64,000 nt of DNA from IMG/VR virus record IMGVR_UViG_3300047320_000196, positions 21-64,020 of that record; one strand, 5' to 3'. Source of the stretch: a virus. Taxonomy: Duplodnaviria > Caudoviricetes. The notes under the pieces were generated by a model. The model was given only the letters and a program-made list of their open reading frames with translations, was not told the DNA's origin and ran no database searches. This document shows positions 58,364-64,000 of this stretch, piece by piece (the first letter of the stretch is position 1; each line of letters opens with the position of its first letter). A program made the position numbers and the translations under genes.

Positions 58364-58579
58364 GGCAATTTCCATTTCGCTGCATGAATTAATATATAGC
58401 CGAACAAATAGAAACTCATACAAATCCTCTTAGTACAAATTGATAAATTAGAGCAAACAAATAATTATAAATACACTGCATGCTATCTTGCGCACAGAAC
58501 ACCTTTACCAACTGCTAATGGCGGCGAGACATCTGATGGTGATAGGGTTTATTTCTGCCCTCAACACCAAGTTATTAGC

Positions 58580-59866
58580 ATGCCAGCACTCGAAAAACGC
58601 TATCCCCGCGAGTCGTTCACCAAAAAGCTGGAGCGGATTTGCCAGAGGCTGGACGAGACGCCCGTCCGCACGATCGCCTACAAAAATTTCCTCAATAGAT
58701 CGGCGACTTCCCAGGTTGAGATAACCTCTTTGTGGGTGGTGGGCTCCTACGCCCGCGGTGCGGTGATGTGCGGAGACTTGGATCTCGTCCTCGAATACAA
58801 GGTAGTTGAGGGAACCCATCCCTCGACTACCTCCATGACAAAGACATTCTTCGGCACGCCTCAATACGTTCGCTATTACTTTGGAACGCCGGAGAGCAGC
58901 ACCGCTGGTGTCGTGTTCGAGAACGCCGTTCAGATCTGGAACAGTCCTGGGTGTGATTGGAGAGCGCCGATCAATTCGATCACTCCGGACCCAGGCGCCG
59001 GCCGCGCTGAACGAGAGACGGACTCTATTCCCTTGCGAGCGGAACAACTCTATATGGAGCCTGAGCGGCTGCAACAGCTAGTGGCCCTAGAGAGGGATGG
59101 CATCATCGCGTGGGACTTTATAGGGATCGCTCGGAAGGATCTCGAGCCCATCGACACCTCTGCGCTAAGCGAACGTGACCGTAGGCTCATACGGGTCGCG
59201 CCCATGATGGGTAAAAAATCCCAGACGCTGGTGCCCGCGATCATTCGGTTGATGGCCAGGTACTCACCTTTTGGAGATTGGGACGCGTCAGAGAGTCATC
59301 GAGGAAGATTGAGATGCGGCGCCACAGTCTTACATCTCGGCAGGCCCGCCCTACCGTACTACCCGTTTGTTGATGAGCCGACCATCGAGCAATTCGCACT
59401 GATCCCGCATATCAGTGCCAAAGGGCCCAACGGCGCTTGGATCATTCGGAGAGGTCCCAGACATCCCGACGCTCAATCACTCGGGCAAAAGAGCGCCTAT
59501 TACCTTCTGAGCGATGGAAAACCGGAGATTGTGCGATATCGCGACCACAGCAAATCCTGGTCGATCGAATTGCTGCAGCTCTTCAGTACACGGGAGGATG
59601 CGGAGGACTTTTCGGCGATGGTAGCTGCGGATGATGAGTCGTGGCGGGTAGAGATCGGAAATGCCAAAGGGTTTGAGCTGATCCATCTATTTTCCGTGGC
59701 AGACGTCGTCGAGATTGGCGACCTCCAGTTCCCGGTGACCCACACTGGCGCTGCATACTTTGATCGAGACAAGGCAACCATGGACGAGATCGTGGCCGCC
59801 CTCCCCTTGGCGACCACGGTGAGCCCTGAAGTCTGGCCAGAGCAATCCCGAGGTGATATGTCTTAA
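58580..59866 (+). CDS. Pol-beta-superfamily nucleotidyltransferase domain protein with long C-terminal extension
   Basis: LWVVGSYARG...GDLDLVL. Confidence 0.7.
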   Translation: MPALEKRYPRESFTKKLERICQRLDETPVRTIAYKNFLNRSATSQVEITSLWVVGSYARGAVMCGDLDLVLEYKVVEGTHPSTTSMTKTFFGTPQYVRYYFGTPESSTAGVVFENAVQIWNSPGCDWRAPINSITPDPGAGRAERETDSIPLRAEQLYMEPERLQQLVALERDGIIAWDFIGIARKDLEPIDTSALSERDRRLIRVAPMMGKKSQTLVPAIIRLMARYSPFGDWDASESHRGRLRCGATVLHLGRPALPYYPFVDEPTIEQFALIPHISAKGPNGAWIIRRGPRHPDAQSLGQKSAYYLLSDGKPEIVRYRDHSKSWSIELLQLFSTREDAEDFSAMVAADDESWRVEIGNAKGFELIHLFSVADVVEIGDLQFPVTHTGAAYFDRDKATMDEIVAALPLATTVSPEVWPEQSRGDMS

Positions 59867-59945
59867 ATTCTCCTCGGTTGAACACTGCAGAAATTTCGAA
59901 GCGCTGCTATAGCTGAAAGCTCAATTGATTAGCGGAGCATCTGAA

Positions 59946-60188
59946 ATGGACTTGGATCGAATTGGCGCGTGGATCTGGGGCACAGGCACTGCAGTCATGG
60001 CCATCTCGGCACTCGCAGTTGTGATAATCGGAGGATTGTATCTTGGTCCCGATGGGCGCCCTGGGCCGGACACCCCATGGAAAATTGCTGGCCTCTACAC
60101 GGTGCTGAAAGATTGCGGGACTCTAGTTGCAGGAATTCTAGGGTTCAGCGGACTGGCTTGGTCAAATTTTTTCACGGTGAAGAAGTAG
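59946..60188 (+). CDS. Small 2-TM membrane protein
   Basis: Two hydrophobic helices; GGAG RBS. Confidence 0.6.
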   Translation: MDLDRIGAWIWGTGTAVMAISALAVVIIGGLYLGPDGRPGPDTPWKIAGLYTVLKDCGTLVAGILGFSGLAWSNFFTVKK

Positions 60189-60214
60189 CCGTTGCCTTGA
60201 TTGAGCTAGGACGA

Positions 60215-60235
60215 AAAAGCCCGGCGCTAGGCCGG
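60215..60235. repeat. 21-bp repeat copy 2 (terminator-like)
   Basis: AAAAGCCCGGCGCTAGGCCGG, identical to 53924-53944. Confidence 0.8.
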
Positions 60236-60257
60236 ACTTCAATGAATCTGTAGCGGA

Positions 60258-60587
60258 TTATTTTCCGAGATGCGTCGCCATGAAATAGGTAACCCCAACC
60301 AGTGCGATTGATGCGGTCCAAGTCAGCCCCACAAACCACTGCAATTGGCCGCGCATTGACGCTTCGAGTTGAGCTTTCACAGATTGGAGATCCTCTTTCG
60401 AGGCCATATGATCCATCTTCGTCTCAAGGCGAATCAGCTTTTCTCTGATTTCCTGAGATGTTTTCTCAAGAAGTGAGACACGAGCTTCCATCGGGTCGCC
60501 TCCAGGTGGGTTTCCACCACCAGTATTGCCGGGGCCGTCAGATTTGTCACCCGCTGGGAAGGGGAACTGCCGAATGTTATTGCTCAT
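60258..60587 (-). CDS. Coiled-coil protein with C-terminal TM
   Basis: GGGNPPGG, MEARVSLLE, ASKEDL, hydrophobic tail. Confidence 0.7.
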   Translation of the reverse strand: MSNNIRQFPFPAGDKSDGPGNTGGGNPPGGDPMEARVSLLEKTSQEIREKLIRLETKMDHMASKEDLQSVKAQLEASMRGQLQWFVGLTWTASIALVGVTYFMATHLGK

Positions 60588-60897
60588 TCTTTGACGTCTC
60601 CGGGCTGAAGTAGTGTTCCCAGATCTGGCCAGCCCCAAGCAGGCGTGTGTTGGCGCAGTGGCCGCAGGTCATGAAGAAAAACCAATTGGACGACCAGTTA
60701 TCTCGCACATTGACCGTAGCCATAATTGCAGGCTTATCGCCTTCTTGGGCATAGATCCATTCGCGATGTCCGCATGACTCGCAGGGACCATCTGACCCTT
60801 TCTCGGCAATGAAGTCGAGGTATTGCTCGACGGTTATCGAAAGCGTTTGATCTCCGAGAGACTTCCTTTTATCAAACAGCTCATCTGACTCGCTCAA
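60577..60897 (-). CDS. Zinc-ribbon protein
   Basis: CESC...CGHC; AGGAAGG RBS before TTG. Confidence 0.7.
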   Translation of the reverse strand: MSESDELFDKRKSLGDQTLSITVEQYLDFIAEKGSDGPCESCGHREWIYAQEGDKPAIMATVNVRDNWSSNWFFFMTCGHCANTRLLGAGQIWEHYFSPETSKNEQ

Positions 60898-60928
60898 GGC
60901 ACCTTCCTTTTAAAATTTCAAGATTTCT

Positions 60929-61150
60929 TCACTTTATTCTCGCGCTATAGAGGTGGTTGAGCAGTATCAGCTCAGCCACAGCCACGAAAACACATAGCAC
61001 GAGGAAGCCAGGACTGAAAACGCGCTTACGGCCGGAAGAACCTCCATCCATCCAGCTAGCGCCTGATTCGCTAGTCTTAAACACCAAGAACACCATCCAA
61101 ATACATGCCCAGACTTTGCCCCAGAAACCCAGGGTTCTCCATGAGGTCAT
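60929..61150 (-). CDS. Small membrane protein
   Basis: Hydrophobic segments; start uncertain. Confidence 0.45.
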   Translation of the reverse strand: MTSWRTLGFWGKVWACIWMVFLVFKTSESGASWMDGGSSGRKRVFSPGFLVLCVFVAVAELILLNHLYSARIK

Positions 61151-61204
61151 TCGTCTGTTCCACGCGCCGCTTTATTCAAACGGTCGTCAAGTTTCTTTCA
61201 GAAG

Positions 61205-61507
61205 CTAGATCAGCTTATCCAATCCGAGGGCTTCAGCTTCTTCGCGAGCTGCCTTTTCACGAAGGTGCCGAACGTCGACTCCACTTGTATCTACGAGAGT
61301 CAGCATATACGCCCAAGGAAGAAGACCACGATCGGCAGCCGCCGCTTGGAGTGCCAGTTGTAATAACTGATCACGCTGCTGATCGGCAGTGATTCCTAGG
61401 GCATCAGCTTCTTTTGGGTCCACCGCCGCCAGCGCCGCCTGCAAGGGTGTGTTTCCCTTTAGATAAATCTTCGTGGCCAACTCGTACGCTTCATCATTCG
61501 TAATCAT
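61205..61507 (-). CDS. Hypothetical protein
   Basis: AAGGAAG RBS, 100 aa. Confidence 0.6.
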   Translation of the reverse strand: MITNDEAYELATKIYLKGNTPLQAALAAVDPKEADALGITADQQRDQLLQLALQAAAADRGLLPWAYMLTLVDTSGVDVRHLREKAAREEAEALGLDKLI

Positions 61508-61709
61508 AGATTCTTCCTTGGACACCCTACCCCTACGGGGCCGAGTACTAGTGGAGCACTCGCCTCCGACCTCCGTCGTCACCAAATCCGAACCTGATCA
61601 TTCAAGCCGCGGCAAAGGGACAGACAGTGCTCGAAATCTAGCACCATTAAATCGCCACCACGAGTGGCAACTGGCTCGACTCGAGCTGGGAAAGCGAATC
61701 TCAGATAAC

Positions 61710-61752
61710 ATTTAGCAATTTGCATTGAGTTAAAATTTATCATTTGCTAATC
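61710..61752. promoter_or_regulatory. Putative oL / early-left promoter
   Basis: ATTTATCATTTGCTAATC and ATTTAGCA resemble the oR operators; TTGCAT -35-like. Confidence 0.6.
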
Positions 61753-61887
61753 TTGGTTTGCATCTCCTTTGCCCCACGGCAACCTAGAGCGCTGATCATC
61801 CTGCGCGAACGCCAACAAACGCGGCAGGCATTTGCTCGTCTGGAGAAAGTGCACTTTTGGCCACAACAACAACTGAGAAGACAGACC

Positions 61888-62073
61888 ATGACGAATCAAA
61901 CACAGAGCCAAGCAAGCGAATTTGCGGAATTCGGCCAGCGCCTGATAGATCTGGGAATGGCGATGAAGCGGGAGAAGACGACCGTAAAGGATCTGCAGGA
62001 GCTGGCCAAGGCGTGCGGAATAAAGCTGCTGAACCTCCGTTCAGTATCAAATCCGGAGCTGCAGAATGGCTAA
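61888..62073 (+). CDS. Phage hypothetical protein
   Basis: First gene of early-left operon. Confidence 0.6.
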   Translation: MTNQTQSQASEFAEFGQRLIDLGMAMKREKTTVKDLQELAKACGIKLLNLRSVSNPELQNG

Positions 62074-62401
62074 AACAATCCTTCACACTCACCGGGACGG
62101 GATCCATTTCTACCTGAACACAGAGACCTCCTCTCCCAGTACTGGGCACCGAAATCGTTACCGGCTGTTCAAGACTGAGAACTATGGTCGCGACAAGTCG
62201 GGATGGGTTCAGGTGGGGTCAATTGCAGGGCAAGAGCTGACCGCCCTGAAGGGGGAGAAAGCCCTGTTTGAAGCTTGTGAGAAGCTGTTCTCCAGCAAAA
62301 GACCTCAGCGTTACAAACAGTATGGCGTGATACGCGGGAAGCCGGGACCGTGGGAGGGAGAGGCCTTCCCTCTCCGCCGCGCCCAGTTGGCAACCGCCTA
62401 A
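62066..62401 (+). CDS. Phage hypothetical protein
   Basis: GGAG RBS; overlaps upstream gene. Confidence 0.65.
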   Translation: MAKTILHTHRDGIHFYLNTETSSPSTGHRNRYRLFKTENYGRDKSGWVQVGSIAGQELTALKGEKALFEACEKLFSSKRPQRYKQYGVIRGKPGPWEGEAFPLRRAQLATA

Positions 62402-62449
62402 TCCATCATGATGTCAGCCGATTCGTCGCGGATGCTTCCGAGGTAATTA

Positions 62450-62662
62450 ATGAACCGAGAATTGATCAAGATCAGCGAGTTTCAACGTCGGCGCTGGGGT
62501 GAGAACGGTACACCACCCTGCCCCCAAGCGATCCGCAACTACATCCGCAACGGCCAGGTGCCCGGCGAGCAAATCGGCAAACTCTGGTACGTTGATTGGA
62601 CAGCGTTCAGCCGGTCAGACGGCAATGATCTGGTCGCGATGGTATTGAAAGGAGCTGCATGA
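62450..62662 (+). CDS. Excisionase-like protein
   Basis: Small basic winged-HTH-like (IRNYIRNG..PG..IGKLWYVD); overlaps int. Confidence 0.75.
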   Translation: MNRELIKISEFQRRRWGENGTPPCPQAIRNYIRNGQVPGEQIGKLWYVDWTAFSRSDGNDLVAMVLKGAA

Positions 62663-63774
62663 TGGCCCCACGGCCGCGCAACAAGGCGAACAAGAGCCTC
62701 CCGCAGAACCTGTACTTCGATTCGCGGCGCTCGACCTATCGCTACCGCCGGCCTACCGACGGTAAGTGGTTCCAGTTCGGCTCCGACCGAATCAAAGCGA
62801 TCGATGCCGCGAAGCAGTTGAATCTGGAGTTCATGCGCGGCGCTGACCTGGTCGGCGCTGTAATGGGCAGCACGTCGGAATCGTTCGCCGGCTTCCTGGA
62901 CGCATACGAGCAAGACGTGCTGCCGCCGCGGGAACTGGCGAAAGGGACCTTGGGCCTGTACGCCGTACACTTCCGCCGCTTCCGGAAACAGTTCGAAGGC
63001 AAAGCGGTCGACCAGATCACAATCCGCATAATCGCCGAGATGCTGGATGCCCTCACCCCGCGAACTGCCAACCAGTGCCGCGCGCTGCTGATCGACATCT
63101 TCAACCACGCAGCGGCCAAAGGCCTTTGCCCAGACAACCCAGCGGCCAGCACCATCAACCGAATTGAGAAGAAGCAGCGCAAACGGCACACCGTCGAAGG
63201 CCTGAAAGCCATCCGGGAAAAGTCGCCGTTCTGGCTGCAAAACGCTATCGACTTGGCACTGATCACCGCGCAGCGCCGGACGGACATCTTGAATATGCGA
63301 TTCGATGGTGTTCGGGAAGGTTTTTTGTATGTGGTGCAGCAGAAGACGGCCAAAGCCAGTGATGCGGCGTGGATCCGGTTCAGAGTGACCGAAGAACTCC
63401 AGGCAGTTATCAGCCGGTGCCGGGATGACATCGTCTCGCCTTACCTGATCCATCGCCGGCCAGACCGCAAAAAGCAGAAACAGGCGCAGACGAAGGACCA
63501 CTGGACACAGGTCGAAGAGCGATATTTGACGCGAGCCTTTAAGGAGGCCCGGGAAGCGGCGGGTTGTTACAGGGGCTGGAAGGAAGAGGAAATGCCTGGC
63601 TTCCATGAAGTGCGGGCGCTGTCGCTGCACCTGTACCAGAAAGCCGGAAAGGACGGTCAGAAGATCGCCGGCCACGCCAGCGAAACAATGACCAAGAACT
63701 ACCAGAAGGGCCACGCCGAGATCGTCTGGTCGGAGGCAATTCCAGACCTCAATATCAGCGAAATCACCGGGTAG
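62659..63774 (+). CDS. int: Tyrosine integrase, lambda family
   Basis: Arm domain LPQNLY; TAQRRTD, FHEVRAL, AGHAS..MT..Y. Confidence 0.95.
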   Translation: MMAPRPRNKANKSLPQNLYFDSRRSTYRYRRPTDGKWFQFGSDRIKAIDAAKQLNLEFMRGADLVGAVMGSTSESFAGFLDAYEQDVLPPRELAKGTLGLYAVHFRRFRKQFEGKAVDQITIRIIAEMLDALTPRTANQCRALLIDIFNHAAAKGLCPDNPAASTINRIEKKQRKRHTVEGLKAIREKSPFWLQNAIDLALITAQRRTDILNMRFDGVREGFLYVVQQKTAKASDAAWIRFRVTEELQAVISRCRDDIVSPYLIHRRPDRKKQKQAQTKDHWTQVEERYLTRAFKEAREAAGCYRGWKEEEMPGFHEVRALSLHLYQKAGKDGQKIAGHASETMTKNYQKGHAEIVWSEAIPDLNISEITG

Positions 63775-63817
63775 TTTTGCGCGGGTTTTGCGCGGGTTTT
63801 GCGCGGGTTTTGCGCAG
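63774..63817 (+). repeat. 4 x 11-bp GTTTTGCGC(G/A)G, putative arm-type sites
   Basis: Tandem copies directly after int. Confidence 0.75.
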
Positions 63818-63874
63818 GCACAAAAAAGCCGATCTAGATGATCGGCTTAAGTGTCTGATTTTACTCAGGAATAA

Positions 63875-63919
63875 TGGTCGGGACGGAGTGATTCGAACAC
63901 TCGACCCCTAGCACCCCAT
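63875..63919 (-). repeat. att core, copy 3 (tRNA-Pro 3' half)
   Basis: 45 bp identical to 189-233; diverges before the tRNA 5' half. Confidence 0.9.
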
Positions 63920-64000
63920 TCAGTTAGGCATTATGCATCCCTGGTTCGCGCTGCTCCCCTATAGAATCCTCAAGCCCAGTAAAACAAGGCCTTTTAGCGC

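Larger units (their letters stand above)
15060..63919. mobile_element. Lambdoid siphovirus prophage, apparently complete (~48.9 kb)
   Basis: att repeats at both ends; intact integrase, immunity, replication, packaging, head, tail and lysis genes. Confidence 0.93.

Noticed and set aside
62539-63714. 391-aa minus-strand ORF
   Set aside because: Antisense shadow of the integrase
63774-63817. CRISPR-like repeat array
   Set aside because: 11-bp tandem units without spacers; no cas genes or CRISPR array seen in the window

Overview
This looks like Pseudomonas DNA (tRNA-Pro sequence, an MvaT fragment, and phage gene families typical of the genus). It consists entirely of mobile elements stacked in tandem at the 3' end of tRNA-Pro(GGG). 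The 3' half of the tRNA occurs three times on the minus strand (189-233, 15060-15107, 63875-63919). No intact tRNA is in the window, so the array probably continues to the right. (1) 1-233 is the right end of an older prophage remnant whose integrase belongs to the same family as the main prophage. (2) 234-15107 is a ~15 kb island with a dead integrase. It carries a three-gene Lamassu/ABC-3C system, an AbiJ-like nuclease, two HEPN-like genes, and a MazG-like + GHKL-ATPase-like + tandem degenerate-PRTase operon that I do not recognise as a named system; this operon is the best novel-system candidate. (3) 15060-63919 is a ~48.9 kb, apparently complete lambdoid siphovirus prophage with terminase, portal, capsid, lambda-type tail, split lysis genes, O/DnaC/DnaB replication and Q. 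Its CI lacks a peptidase domain and is paired with a P22 immI-like mnt/arc/ant cassette. It also has a ~7.8 kb accessory block between cI and the early-left promoter (including a nucleotidyltransferase + 2TM pair) and many morons. Product calls come from motif recognition by eye; no database searches were run.
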